The notes below the pieces were generated by a model. It searched no databases. It saw only the letters and a program-made list of their open reading frames with translations, and had not been told where the DNA came from. A stretch of 64,000 bases of DNA from an uncultured Actinomycetes bacterium (GTDB lineage: Bacteria; Actinomycetota; Actinomycetes; S36-B12; UBA10799), in the NCBI GenBank assembly GCA_946803585.1, contig CAMPEQ010000005.1, forward strand, positions 10,517-74,516, given 5' to 3'. The position numbers were made by a program, and so were the translations under genes. Positions 28,335-37,968 of the stretch are shown here, one piece after another. The first letter of the stretch is position 1. Every line of letters starts with the position of its first letter.

Positions 28335-29099
28335 ATGACCCACCAGAAACTAGATGTGCTGGCCGACAAAGGCTTCGTCGTTCTCGACTCCTATGGCGAC
28401 CTGGTCGATCCACGCGAGTGGCAAGCACTCGAGTATGTCGACTGGAAATCCTCCGGCGACACTCGGTTTGCACCGCTTGCCAGTGCCTATGGCGAGATTG
28501 AGTGCAATGGCTTCTGGCATTTCGATCCGCCGAAGCCGGACAAAGATGGTGTGTGGATCGACAGCCAAACGCAAAAGGCTCCAACCCTGTCCTGGCGGGC
28601 CCAAGAAGCTGGAGCAAACATCGGTCGTTGCCGCGTCATCGAGCTGCAACCGAACTCCTATGCCGATGCGCTCTACAACTCTCACCTGGATGACAACAAC
28701 CGTCTCAATCCCGAGGAAGAGGGCTGGATTGTTCGGTGCTTTATGCAGCTCACCGACAACCCGAACTCCTACATGATCTTGCGGGAGGACGTGAAGGATC
28801 CGTCAACCGAGACTCGGATCGCGCTGCCAGCGGGTGCGCAACTCCTGGTTGATTCCGAGCGCATGTGGCACTCTGTTTGGCATCAAGGTGACGGGCCGCG
28901 CTACTGCCTCATCACATCATTTGAGACCGGTCCAGAGCTTGAGAAATGGGTCGAGGCTAATAACCCGACAACTGAGGTTGTCCAGGTTGAGCTTGCGGTA
29001 GAAGCTGCCGCTGCGGCGGAAGACGAAGCACAGAATCGCCGCGACGCACGTACTGCTTTCTACGGTTACGACCCAACGACTGTGCGTTCCGAGGCGTAG
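28335..29099 (+). CDS. Hypothetical protein, possible cupin/Fe(II)-2OG-oxygenase-like fold (HxD...H)
   Basis: 254 aa, soluble. NSHLDDN (HxD) and MWHSVWHQGDGPRYCLI (distal His, Arg) are spaced ~60 aa apart, as in Asp/Asn-hydroxylase-like cupins. This is motif-level only. The 3' end overlaps convergent cydC by 34 nt. Confidence 0.5.
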   Translation: MTHQKLDVLADKGFVVLDSYGDLVDPREWQALEYVDWKSSGDTRFAPLASAYGEIECNGFWHFDPPKPDKDGVWIDSQTQKAPTLSWRAQEAGANIGRCRVIELQPNSYADALYNSHLDDNNRLNPEEEGWIVRCFMQLTDNPNSYMILREDVKDPSTETRIALPAGAQLLVDSERMWHSVWHQGDGPRYCLITSFETGPELEKWVEANNPTTEVVQVELAVEAAAAAEDEAQNRRDARTAFYGYDPTTVRSEA

Positions 29100-30757
29100 G
29101 GGCTCCCACCCTCCTCACCAAGCACGACTACCGCGTCGGCGAGTTCCAGCCCGTACGGCAGATGCGTGATGTAGATGACGCTGCGATCACCCATCACCGT
29201 AAGGATATCGGCGGCAAGCGCAGCAGCGGTATCGGCGTCGAGGTGCTCCGTTGGCTCATCGAAGATGGCGATCGGTGGGTCAGCCAGGATCATTCGAGCC
29301 AATGCCAGACGCTGGCGCTGGCCGCCGGAAAGCTGAGCGCCAAACTGACCAACCCTCGTCTCGATGCCCAGCGGCAGACTTGCCACCCACGTTCCTAACC
29401 GGACACGTTCAAGCGCCGCTACGATCTGCTCATCGGTGGCATCACGACGAGCTAGCCGGATGTTCTCGGCAATGGTGTTGTCAAAAATGTGCCCGTGCTG
29501 GGCCGAGTAGCCGATCACCTCTCGCACCCGATCGCCGGTAAGGGAGGTGATCGGGACATCGCACAAGGCCACCTCGCCAGTCATCGGAGCGAACTTGACG
29601 AGTCCTGCCGCGAGACTTGACTTGCCGACGCCACTTGGACCCACAATCGCGACGCGCTTACCCGCAGGCAGCTCAAAGGTCACGTCAGCGACGGCCGGTT
29701 CCGTCTCCCCCGGCCAGGTCACGGCGGCTGAGCGAACCGATAGGTATGGGCGCCGCACGGCCGACTGCGGCAGGTCTGCTGGATTACTCGGATCGGGAAC
29801 CGCATTCGGCGCATCCAGGATCTCCACGATCCGCTGCGAACTCGCTCGGGACTTCGCCAACCAGACTGCTGCCGCAGGAAGGGTCGTCACCAGTTCGAAT
29901 GCGACAAGCGGGATAAGCACGACAACGGCGAGATTGACACCATCGAGCTGGCCCGAGGTGACCGCCGGAACCGCCAGGAGAATGACCGCTATCAACGCGA
30001 AACCTTGTGCTGCCGAGCCGATCGCCGCTGCGAGCCCCATCCCCTTCGCGGTTGTGCGCTCGGCCAATCGAATCGACTCGTCCAATGCGCGCACCTGACC
30101 GATCTCTGCGCCATCCGCTCGGGCGGCAACTAGATCCTCACTGTCGGCGAACAACGACGTCAACTCCGCAGATAGCTGTCCCTTGAGGTGGACTTCGCGG
30201 GACGCAGCGCGTCGGCTCACTGCGCCAGTCACCCACGGCGCGATTACCCCCGCAACCAGGAGTCCGATGAGGAGCACGATCCCCGCTGCGGGAAGCAACC
30301 AGCTGACCAGTCCAACCACCGCCGCGCCAACAACTACGGCACTCGATGCCGGTAGCACTGTGCGCAAGCCAAACTCTGAGCTCGTGTCGACATCGTCAAC
30401 GAAGCGGCGCATCGCATCGCCTTGGCGCAACCGAGCTGTTCCACTCGGAGCCACAATGGCGATCCGATCAACGAGTTGCGAACGAATCTCGGTCAGCCCT
30501 CGTAGTGCAGCACTGTGCGAGACAAGCCGCTCGGAATATCGAAACACTCCCCGGCCTAGACCTAGCGCGCGAACCGACACCACGGCCACGCTCAGAGCCA
30601 GAATCGGAGGTTGTTGCCAGGCACGGGAGATGAGCCAGGCGCTAGTGGCAATCAACCCAATCGCACACGCCAGTGATAGCGACGCCAGCAGGACCGAAAG
30701 CGCCCCTTGACCTCGGCGCGGTTTGATCACCTGCCAGACCCGGCGTAGATCGCTCAT
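29066..30757 (-). CDS. cydC: ABC transporter CydC (cysteine/glutathione exporter subunit)
   Basis: 563 aa with 6 TM plus an NBD. Walker A GPSGVGKSS and signature LSGGQRQR. 4-nt overlap with cydD. Last gene of cydABDC. Confidence 0.85.
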   Translation of the reverse strand: MSDLRRVWQVIKPRRGQGALSVLLASLSLACAIGLIATSAWLISRAWQQPPILALSVAVVSVRALGLGRGVFRYSERLVSHSAALRGLTEIRSQLVDRIAIVAPSGTARLRQGDAMRRFVDDVDTSSEFGLRTVLPASSAVVVGAAVVGLVSWLLPAAGIVLLIGLLVAGVIAPWVTGAVSRRAASREVHLKGQLSAELTSLFADSEDLVAARADGAEIGQVRALDESIRLAERTTAKGMGLAAAIGSAAQGFALIAVILLAVPAVTSGQLDGVNLAVVVLIPLVAFELVTTLPAAAVWLAKSRASSQRIVEILDAPNAVPDPSNPADLPQSAVRRPYLSVRSAAVTWPGETEPAVADVTFELPAGKRVAIVGPSGVGKSSLAAGLVKFAPMTGEVALCDVPITSLTGDRVREVIGYSAQHGHIFDNTIAENIRLARRDATDEQIVAALERVRLGTWVASLPLGIETRVGQFGAQLSGGQRQRLALARMILADPPIAIFDEPTEHLDADTAAALAADILTVMGDRSVIYITHLPYGLELADAVVVLGEEGGSPYASERTVVGS

Positions 30758-32370
30758 CGGGCCACCGCCGTAGAGATCTCAACCACGTGGTCTGCCACCG
30801 AGATCAGCAGGTCACGGTGGGCCACAACGACAACTGTTCTAGTGCGAGCCAACTCCCGAATAGCGCCGGCAATCGCTTGCTCTGTTGCGGCGTCGAGGGC
30901 TGCCGTCGGCTCGTCAAGTAGTACGAGGCCAGCCTCGGGCTGGCAGAACACCCTTGCCAAGGCCAAGCGTCGGGTCTGTCCGGCACTAAACACCCGCCCT
31001 GCCTCGCCCACTCGCGTGGCCAACCCCTCGGGAAGTGCCCGAACCATGTGCGCTAAGTCGACGGTCTCAAGCGCGGCCCAGACCTGCTCTTCTGAAGCAC
31101 TTCGATTAGCTAGCCGAATGTTGTCCAAGAGCGACCCAGAGACAAGGCGCGGATCTTGCCCTACCCAAGCGACATTGCCTCGCCAGGCGCTTGTCTGGAA
31201 GTCCGTGAGTACTTGCGTGCGTCCTTGCGCGGAGGTCACCTCGACTGATCCACTATCTGCATCAATGAACCGTTCCAGCAGTGCGAGAGCAGTTGACTTA
31301 CCCGCCCCACTAGGACCGACCAGTGCGGTGATCGAGTTGGGTTCAATCACCATGCTGAGACCGTCCAATGCGACCTCATCACGGCCCAGGTAACTGACGC
31401 TCACCTGCCGAAACGAAATCGTTGACTGGGCTAGATCTGGCACATCGGTGTCGAGACCACTGCGCGGCGGGTCCTGCTCAAGAACCTCGATCATCTGCTG
31501 TGCGGCACCGAGTCCTTCCGCGGCGGCGTGAAAGTGCATCCCAACCAGTCGCAGCGGCAGGTAGACCTCGGGCGCAAGGATCAGGACGAGTAGACCCGCT
31601 TCAAGCGTCATCGACCCTTCAACTAGGCGCAGTCCGATGGATACCGCGATCATGGCGACTGACAGCATCGCCAGAACTTCTAGTACGAGAGATGACAGGA
31701 ACGAGATCCGCAGAACCCCCATCGTCGTCTTGCGATACTCGTCGCCAATGACCTGCACGCGCTTGGCCTGAGCTCGACCGCGCCCGAACGCCTTCAGCGT
31801 TGTCATCCCCACCACGACGTCCACGAAGTGACCGCTGAGGCGAGACAGCGATTCCCACTGCCGGTCGACCCGATTACGGGTGTACATCCCAATGAGAATC
31901 ATGAAGATCGGGATCAGCGGAACGGTCACAACGACGATGACGGCGGCGAGTAGATCCTGGGTGAGGATGACTACGCCCACGCTCAGTGGCACCATCACCG
32001 CGAGGACTAGCTGCGGGAGGTACCTGGCGAAGTAGGCATCTAGGCCGTCCACTCCGCGCGTGGTGAGTGCAGTGAGCTCGGCCGAGTTTCGGCTAGCAAG
32101 CCAGACTGGCCCAAGATCGAGCACGTGTTCAGTGACGCCGAGTCGAAGCTGGCTCTTGGCATCGGCCGCTGCCCGGAAGGCGACCCATTCGCTGAGGTAA
32201 GAAACCGCAATCCGAATGATGACGACGACGGTGAGAACCACCACCGCAGTACTTACTTGCTCGAACCCTTCGCCGCGGGTGAACACCGGAACGACGATCC
32301 CGGTGATTGCAAAGGCTTGAACAATGATCAAGATTGTCGTGACTATTCCAACGGCAACTGCCGCCACCAA
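30754..32370 (-). CDS. cydD: ABC transporter CydD
   Basis: 538 aa. Walker A GPSGAGKST and degenerate signature FSAGQTRR. It follows cydB. Confidence 0.85.
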   Translation of the reverse strand: MVAAVAVGIVTTILIIVQAFAITGIVVPVFTRGEGFEQVSTAVVVLTVVVIIRIAVSYLSEWVAFRAAADAKSQLRLGVTEHVLDLGPVWLASRNSAELTALTTRGVDGLDAYFARYLPQLVLAVMVPLSVGVVILTQDLLAAVIVVVTVPLIPIFMILIGMYTRNRVDRQWESLSRLSGHFVDVVVGMTTLKAFGRGRAQAKRVQVIGDEYRKTTMGVLRISFLSSLVLEVLAMLSVAMIAVSIGLRLVEGSMTLEAGLLVLILAPEVYLPLRLVGMHFHAAAEGLGAAQQMIEVLEQDPPRSGLDTDVPDLAQSTISFRQVSVSYLGRDEVALDGLSMVIEPNSITALVGPSGAGKSTALALLERFIDADSGSVEVTSAQGRTQVLTDFQTSAWRGNVAWVGQDPRLVSGSLLDNIRLANRSASEEQVWAALETVDLAHMVRALPEGLATRVGEAGRVFSAGQTRRLALARVFCQPEAGLVLLDEPTAALDAATEQAIAGAIRELARTRTVVVVAHRDLLISVADHVVEISTAVAR

Positions 32371-32420
32371 GAACCCCCGGGTTGCGCTCGCGTATCGCGA
32401 GAGCCGGGGGTCGAACGGCC

Positions 32421-33494
32421 TTATCCCACTGGAACTGATGGTTTCGCCTCGTCTGGGTAGTCAAGCGATCCAGATTCCGGACTCGGGATCGCATCTCCGC
32501 TGATTCGCTTGCGGAACACCCAGTAGGTCCAGGCTTGGTACAGCAAGACGATCGGGACAAAGATAGCCGCAACGATTGTCATCACCGTCAGCGTGTACTC
32601 GGTACTCGCTGCGTTGTAGATGGTCAGCGACAGTGCCGGATCGTTGGAGGACCGGAAGACGTCGGGGAAGAGCACCCAGAAGAGGTAGGCGACCGTTGAG
32701 ACCATCGTAGCGGCGCTCAAGGTGAACGCTAGGCCTTCTTTACCGATCCGGTGAGCGATGATTCCGCCCACCCAGAGCCCTGCGGTGACAACGACCAGGA
32801 TCCAGGTCTCGGGCTTGCCACTATAGGCAACCTGCGTCCACACCAGGAAGACCACAGCAAGAACCGCGGCGATCAGACCAAGGGGGGTGGCGATCTTGTT
32901 TGCCCGATCGTGAATGGTCCCGCTCATCTTGATGGTCAGGAATACCGCACCGTGAGTCATGAACAAAAACAGTGTGGTGAGCCCTCCGAGGAGTGCATAC
33001 GGATTAAGAAGGTTCAGTAGGGCATCGCCGTCATAAAGGATGTTCCCGGCTGGTTCGGCGGCCCGCAACGGGACACCGCGAACGATATTGGCGAAGGCAA
33101 CTCCCCACAGCAAGGCAGGAACAAACGACCCGACCGTGATCGCCCAGTCGAACGATTTGCGCCACTTGAGATCGGAGCGTTTTGAGCGGTATTCAAACGC
33201 GACGCCACGAACGATCAACGCCAGGAGGATCAGCAGTAGCGGTAGATAGAACCCACTGAACATCGTGGCGTACCACTCTGGGAACGCCGCGAAGGTCGCA
33301 CCACCAGCGACTAGCAGCCAGACCTCATTCCCATCCCAAACGGGACCGAGAGTGGTCAAAATGGCGCGACGCTCCCCCTCGTTCTTCGCCAGGGGCCTCA
33401 TCAGAATGCCAACACCGAAGTCGAAGCCTTCGAGTACGAAGTATCCCGACCACAGGACTGCGATCAGAACGAACCAAACTGCTGCCAGATCCAT
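32421..33494 (-). CDS. cydB: Cytochrome bd ubiquinol/menaquinol oxidase subunit II
   Basis: Start taken at ATG 33494 (MDLAAVWFVLIAVLWSGYFVLEGFDFGVG, the canonical CydB N-terminus), 13 nt after the cydA stop. Confidence 0.9.
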   Translation of the reverse strand: MDLAAVWFVLIAVLWSGYFVLEGFDFGVGILMRPLAKNEGERRAILTTLGPVWDGNEVWLLVAGGATFAAFPEWYATMFSGFYLPLLLILLALIVRGVAFEYRSKRSDLKWRKSFDWAITVGSFVPALLWGVAFANIVRGVPLRAAEPAGNILYDGDALLNLLNPYALLGGLTTLFLFMTHGAVFLTIKMSGTIHDRANKIATPLGLIAAVLAVVFLVWTQVAYSGKPETWILVVVTAGLWVGGIIAHRIGKEGLAFTLSAATMVSTVAYLFWVLFPDVFRSSNDPALSLTIYNAASTEYTLTVMTIVAAIFVPIVLLYQAWTYWVFRKRISGDAIPSPESGSLDYPDEAKPSVPVG

Positions 33495-33507
33495 GTCAGA
33501 TGCTCCC

Positions 33508-34944
33508 CTAGTACGTGATGGACATTGGTCGTTCGCCAGATTCATCGGCGACAAACGGATCGGCGACCTCTTCCGGTGGGCCGATAATGACTGCTCGGCG
33601 AATCAGATCGAACTCGACTGCTGCGAGGATGGCGTAGATCAGAGTAAGGCTGGCCAGCGATGTGATGACCAGGCCACTAGTTGAGGTCGGAGATACCCCG
33701 GACTCCGTCTGCATGAGCCCAAATACCACCCACGGTTGGCGCCCCATCTCGGTGAAGATCCATCCAAAGCTATTGCCAATAAGCGGGAGGAAGGGCACCA
33801 ATAGCGCCGATCGCCGGAACCACTTCCCGTGCGGTACGCGACCCTTCCTTGTCATCCACAGCGCGTACAGTGCCCACACTCCGGCCAACATTCCAAAGCC
33901 GATCATGAACCTGAAACTCCAGTACGCAACTGGGATATTCGGCTTGTAGTCCCCTGGCCCGAACTCCTGCTCGTACTGCTCCTGAAGGTCGTTAATACCC
34001 TGCACTTCACCGTCGAGAGTGTGAGTAGCGAGCAGGGATAGACCGTGCGGTATATCGAGCGAGAAGACCGGTTCTGAGCCATCCAGAGTTCCGATAGTAA
34101 AGATGCTGAATGGCGCTGGTGCGGCCGTCTCGTAGAGGGCCTCGGCCGCCGCCATCTTCATCGGCTGCTGCTCCACCATCACCCGCCCCTGCTGATCACC
34201 GGTAATGCCCAGACCTGCCGCACCAAGCAAGATGGTGACGATTCCCAGCTTCATGGTGGAGCGAGCCACGTCGGGACTCTTCCCCTTCACCAGAAGCCAA
34301 GCGGAGATACCGGCGACGACCGCACCGGCCGTCAAGAATGCAGCCGTGATCGTGTGAGCAAAAGCCACGACCGCTGTGGATTGGAATAAGACTTCGAAGA
34401 AGTTCGTCAGCTCAACCCGATCAGTCTCAGGATTGAACGTATAAGCAGTCGGATGCTGCATGAACGAGTTCGCAGCGAGAATGAAGTACGCCGACAACAG
34501 CGTGCCGATCGCTGCTAGCCAAATCGTTGCGAGATGCAGCTTCTTATTGAGTCGATCCCAGCCAAAGATCCACAGACCCAGGAATACCGATTCCATGAAG
34601 AACGCGGCCAAGCCCTCGACTGCCAGTGGCGCTCCGAAGATATCGCCGACGAACCGGCTGAAGTCCGACCAGTTCATCCCGAACTGGAACTCTTGGACGA
34701 TCCCTGTTACCACACCCATCGCGAAGTTGATCAGAAAGATCTTGCCGAAGAACTTCGTTGCCCGAAGCCACTTCTCGTTATTCGTTCGCACCCAGGCGGT
34801 CTGCATGATCGCCACGAGAAAGCTCAGGCCAATCGTGATTGGCACGAATAGAAAGTGGTAGACAGTCACGACGCCAAATTGGAGCCGCGAAAGGTCCAGA
34901 ACATCCATACCCGCGAGGTCGAGTGCATCCATGCTCGCGATCAT
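33508..34944 (-). CDS. cydA: Cytochrome bd oxidase subunit I
   Basis: 478 aa with the Q-loop and the EMGRQPWVVFG motif. The true start may be one of the Met codons within the first 13 residues. Confidence 0.95.
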   Translation of the reverse strand: MIASMDALDLAGMDVLDLSRLQFGVVTVYHFLFVPITIGLSFLVAIMQTAWVRTNNEKWLRATKFFGKIFLINFAMGVVTGIVQEFQFGMNWSDFSRFVGDIFGAPLAVEGLAAFFMESVFLGLWIFGWDRLNKKLHLATIWLAAIGTLLSAYFILAANSFMQHPTAYTFNPETDRVELTNFFEVLFQSTAVVAFAHTITAAFLTAGAVVAGISAWLLVKGKSPDVARSTMKLGIVTILLGAAGLGITGDQQGRVMVEQQPMKMAAAEALYETAAPAPFSIFTIGTLDGSEPVFSLDIPHGLSLLATHTLDGEVQGINDLQEQYEQEFGPGDYKPNIPVAYWSFRFMIGFGMLAGVWALYALWMTRKGRVPHGKWFRRSALLVPFLPLIGNSFGWIFTEMGRQPWVVFGLMQTESGVSPTSTSGLVITSLASLTLIYAILAAVEFDLIRRAVIIGPPEEVADPFVADESGERPMSITY

Positions 34945-35012
34945 TCCAGTCTGATCTGAACAGACGTTCCCGCATTGGGTCCCATTTAGTCGACCAAGGT
35001 CATATGAACATC

Positions 35013-35026
35013 GGGACTAAAGTCCC
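35013..35026. promoter_or_regulatory. DosR/DevR-type box GGGACTAAAGTCCC
   Basis: Perfect 6-bp inverted arms GGGACT / AGTCCC with a 2-nt AA spacer. This equals the core of the mycobacterial consensus TTSGGGACTWWAGTCCCSAA. It lies in the divergent cydA / response-regulator intergenic region. Confidence 0.55.
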
Positions 35027-35083
35027 AGGTTGGTCGGAGCTTTTGCTCCCCCGTTGCGGGCTAGCGCAAAGTACGGTGACAAC

Positions 35084-35734
35084 GTGACCGACGATAAGAA
35101 GATCAGAGTGTTCCTCCTTGACGACCACGAGGTGGTCCGACGGGGTGTGGCTGAGATGCTCGAATCATCCGGAAAGATCGAGGTGGTCGGGGAGGCATCG
35201 ACCTGCGCTCAGGCAATCGATCGGATTCCGACGGTAAAACCCGACGTTGCGATTCTCGACGTACAGCTTCCCGATGGCAGTGGGGTGGATGTCTGCCGGG
35301 AGATGAAGTCAGCACAAGTCGACGTCAGTTGTTTGATGCTGACGTCATTTGTTGACGATGAGGCCCTGCTCAATGCCATCATCGCCGGAGCCAGTGGCTA
35401 CGTACTCAAACAGATTCGTGGCAATGACTTGATCGGGGCAGTTCAAACGGTCGCAGCAGGGGGCTCGTTGCTCGACCCGTCAGCGACGGCCCGGGTGATG
35501 CAGCGGATCCGCTCGGAGGCAACCAAAGTTGATCCCTTGTCGGAACTCACCGACCAGGAGCGCAAGATCCTCGATCTGATCGGCGAAGGGATGACGAACC
35601 GACAGATCGGCGAGGAACTGTTCCTCGCCGAGAAGACGGTGAAGAACTACGTGTCGAGTATCTTGGCCAAACTTGGCCTACAACGACGCACCCAGGCGGC
35701 GGTGTTCGTGACCCGCAGTCGCGACAGCACGTAG
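35084..35734 (+). CDS. NarL/LuxR-family response regulator, DosR/DevR-like
   Basis: REC domain (RVFLLDDHEVV...DVAILDVQLPDGSG) plus a LuxR HTH (LTDQERKILDLIGEGMTNRQIGEELFLAEKTVKNYVSSILAKLG). Start taken at GTG 35084. The track start TTG 35030 would begin 4 nt after the Dos box. Confidence 0.85.
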   Translation: MTDDKKIRVFLLDDHEVVRRGVAEMLESSGKIEVVGEASTCAQAIDRIPTVKPDVAILDVQLPDGSGVDVCREMKSAQVDVSCLMLTSFVDDEALLNAIIAGASGYVLKQIRGNDLIGAVQTVAAGGSLLDPSATARVMQRIRSEATKVDPLSELTDQERKILDLIGEGMTNRQIGEELFLAEKTVKNYVSSILAKLGLQRRTQAAVFVTRSRDST

Positions 35735-35737
35735 CAG

Positions 35738-37393
35738 CTAGGCGGTTGTGGGAGCCTCACCTCGTGGAAGGGCAATACTCCACGTCAAGCAAGTAGTCCA
35801 CTCGCTGTCGACGCTGGAACTGGTGTCGCTACCGCACCTCGACTCGATGGCGAACTGACCGCCGTGTGCTTGAGCGCGCGATGCCAGGTTTCCTAGACCG
35901 AGGCCACCGTCTCCTGACCCCCGCACACATTCCTTGACCCCAGTCGGCAAACCGTCACCGTTGTCATAGACAAGGACCGTCAAGGTCGAACCGTTGTTCT
36001 CAATGACGAGTTTGGCCTTAGTCGCCCTCGCATGCTTGGAGATGTTTGTCAGCGACTCGCGCACGACCGCCATCACATCATCTTCGGCGTCCTCAGGGAT
36101 TCCCGCGTCGATGAGCCCATCGATCTGCACCTTAACGCTGAAACCGAGGACCGAGCTAAGCTGATCGGTCAAGCCAATGACCTGCGCGCGCAAACCTGGG
36201 GCTCCGTCGCGATGCAGCGTTTGCAAGGAATAGATCGTCGATCGGATCTCCCGAATCGTGAGATCTAGGTCATCACCAATTGAGTGGATCTTCCTGACAG
36301 CCTGCTGCTCTTCGGGGATCTGCCGGGCGAGCGCCTCTAGTGCTAGGCCGGCAGCAAACAGCCGCTGGATCACCGAATCATGAAGATCTCGCGCGATCCG
36401 GTCTCGATCCTCGAACAGGCCAATGCGCTCCGCATCGTGGCGTGCCTCGGCAAGTTCTAAGGCGATAACGGCTTGGTCAGCAAATGCCTTGAGCTGCCCG
36501 ACGACACTGCGTTCAAATCCGACACCGTTGCGGTCTCTTGCCACGCCCAACGCTGCGCTGGGCCCGCGCCGTCCCAACGGCACTACCAAGGAAGGCTGAG
36601 GAAGCGGTAGTGGCTTGCCGATGTATTCACTTGCTTGTTCTCCGTCAGCGATCTCGATCAACTGCGTTCCGCTGCCGTCGTCAAAGGCGATCACGGCGAG
36701 GTCGGCCTGGGAGATCCTGCGAGCAGCACTAGCGATAAGGGCCAAGACCTCCGAGGAGTCCTCATCCGCTAGCAGCGCACGATTGACTTCTGCCCGCGCC
36801 CGCTCCCGCTCCTGCGCGCGACGAGCATCACCATAAAGGCGCGCATTCTCGATCGCAACACCGGCAGCCGTCGCCAACGTGATGACCAAGTCCTCGTCAG
36901 CTTGGGTGAACTCCCCCGTCGACTTCTCCGTCAAGTACAGATTGCCAAATACTCGTCCCCGTACGCGGACAGGCACGCCAAGAAACGAGTGCATAGGCGG
37001 ATGGTGAGCGGGAAATCCGACGGAGGCAGGGTGCTTGGCAAGGTCCGCGAGGCGAATCGGTCGAGGGTCACGCACCAAAAGGCCCAGAATCCCACCGCCG
37101 TGGGGCAGCGGACCAATCGCCTCGCGTTGCGCATCATCGAGACCAGTAGTCACGAACTCCACGAGGGTAGATTCCTGTGACCTGGCAGCACGAATGTGGA
37201 AGTCCTCCCCGAGTACCCCAAGTGCGGCGTACTCACAGTCCACCAACTCAACGGCAGTCTTGGTGATCTGGTCGAGAACGACCTCGAGTTCTAGCTCGCT
37301 TCCAACCGTCATGACGGCCGCAAGCAGCTGCTGGACCCGCGAATCAGGATTAGATTCAGTCTGCTGCTGGGAATCGTGAGGTCCGTCAGTCAC
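35738..37393 (-). CDS. Tandem-GAF sensor histidine kinase, DosS/DosT-like
   Basis: 551 aa with two GAF-like regions. HisKA_3 H-box DRDRIARDLHDSVIQRLF and an HATPase_c with GLGLGNL. Convergent with the regulator, with stop codons 3 nt apart. Confidence 0.85.
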   Translation of the reverse strand: MTDGPHDSQQQTESNPDSRVQQLLAAVMTVGSELELEVVLDQITKTAVELVDCEYAALGVLGEDFHIRAARSQESTLVEFVTTGLDDAQREAIGPLPHGGGILGLLVRDPRPIRLADLAKHPASVGFPAHHPPMHSFLGVPVRVRGRVFGNLYLTEKSTGEFTQADEDLVITLATAAGVAIENARLYGDARRAQERERARAEVNRALLADEDSSEVLALIASAARRISQADLAVIAFDDGSGTQLIEIADGEQASEYIGKPLPLPQPSLVVPLGRRGPSAALGVARDRNGVGFERSVVGQLKAFADQAVIALELAEARHDAERIGLFEDRDRIARDLHDSVIQRLFAAGLALEALARQIPEEQQAVRKIHSIGDDLDLTIREIRSTIYSLQTLHRDGAPGLRAQVIGLTDQLSSVLGFSVKVQIDGLIDAGIPEDAEDDVMAVVRESLTNISKHARATKAKLVIENNGSTLTVLVYDNGDGLPTGVKECVRGSGDGGLGLGNLASRAQAHGGQFAIESRCGSDTSSSVDSEWTTCLTWSIALPRGEAPTTA

Positions 37394-37539
37394 AAGGTCA
37401 GCTTTCCATGCCTGAGCCCCACCTGGGGTGAACTTCGCCCCTGCCCGCCTACTTATTACCTGCCAGAGGGTGACAACGGACCCCGGCGTGGGCCAAGATG
37501 GGAATCCGATAGGTCACGTGTCACGTGGGAGGGTTCACC

Positions 37540-37968
37540 ATGAAGATCGCATCAGTCCTAAAAGGCAAGGGTGACTTTGTTGCCACGATTAGTCCCGACT
37601 CAACAGTCGCCTCGCTACTCGCAACGTTGGCTCAGTATCGAATCGGCGCTGTAGTGGTATCGAGCGACGGCCAATCGATGGCCGGAATGGCATCAGAAAG
37701 AGACGTCGCGCGTGCGCTGACCGAGAGTGGCTCGGTCATCTTGGACGGACCCGTTTCCCAAATCATGAGCAGTATCGTCGCGACCTGCGCCCTCGATGCC
37801 TCAGTGGAAGACGTCATGGTGCAAATGACCGAGCTTCGCGTGCGCCACGTTCCCGTCATCGATGAAGACGTCATGGTCGGCATCGTCAGCATCGGTGACG
37901 TCGTTAAGGCCCGAATCGACTTCCTCGAAGAGGAACGCAAATCGTTGCTGAACTACATCACCAGTTAG
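37540..37968 (+). CDS. Tandem CBS domain protein (hypoxic response protein 1-like)
   Basis: 142 aa with two CBS repeats. ATG 37540 has a GGGAGG SD. It resembles the mycobacterial DosR-regulon CBS protein Hrp1 in size and architecture. Confidence 0.8.
   Translation: MKIASVLKGKGDFVATISPDSTVASLLATLAQYRIGAVVVSSDGQSMAGMASERDVARALTESGSVILDGPVSQIMSSIVATCALDASVEDVMVQMTELRVRHVPVIDEDVMVGIVSIGDVVKARIDFLEEERKSLLNYITS

Noticed and set aside
34977-34994. Possible second DosR box (GGGTCCCATTTAGTCGAC), about 33 bp from the perfect box
   Set aside because: Only a TTTAGTC half-site aligns with the consensus (about 7 of 14 core positions). That is too weak to call from sequence alone, though it is worth including in an EMSA probe.
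37468-37483. GGGTGACAACGGACCC upstream of the CBS gene, considered as a DosR box
   Set aside because: Only the outer 4 bp of each arm are complementary, and the spacing does not fit the 6-2-6 core. It is not a credible match.
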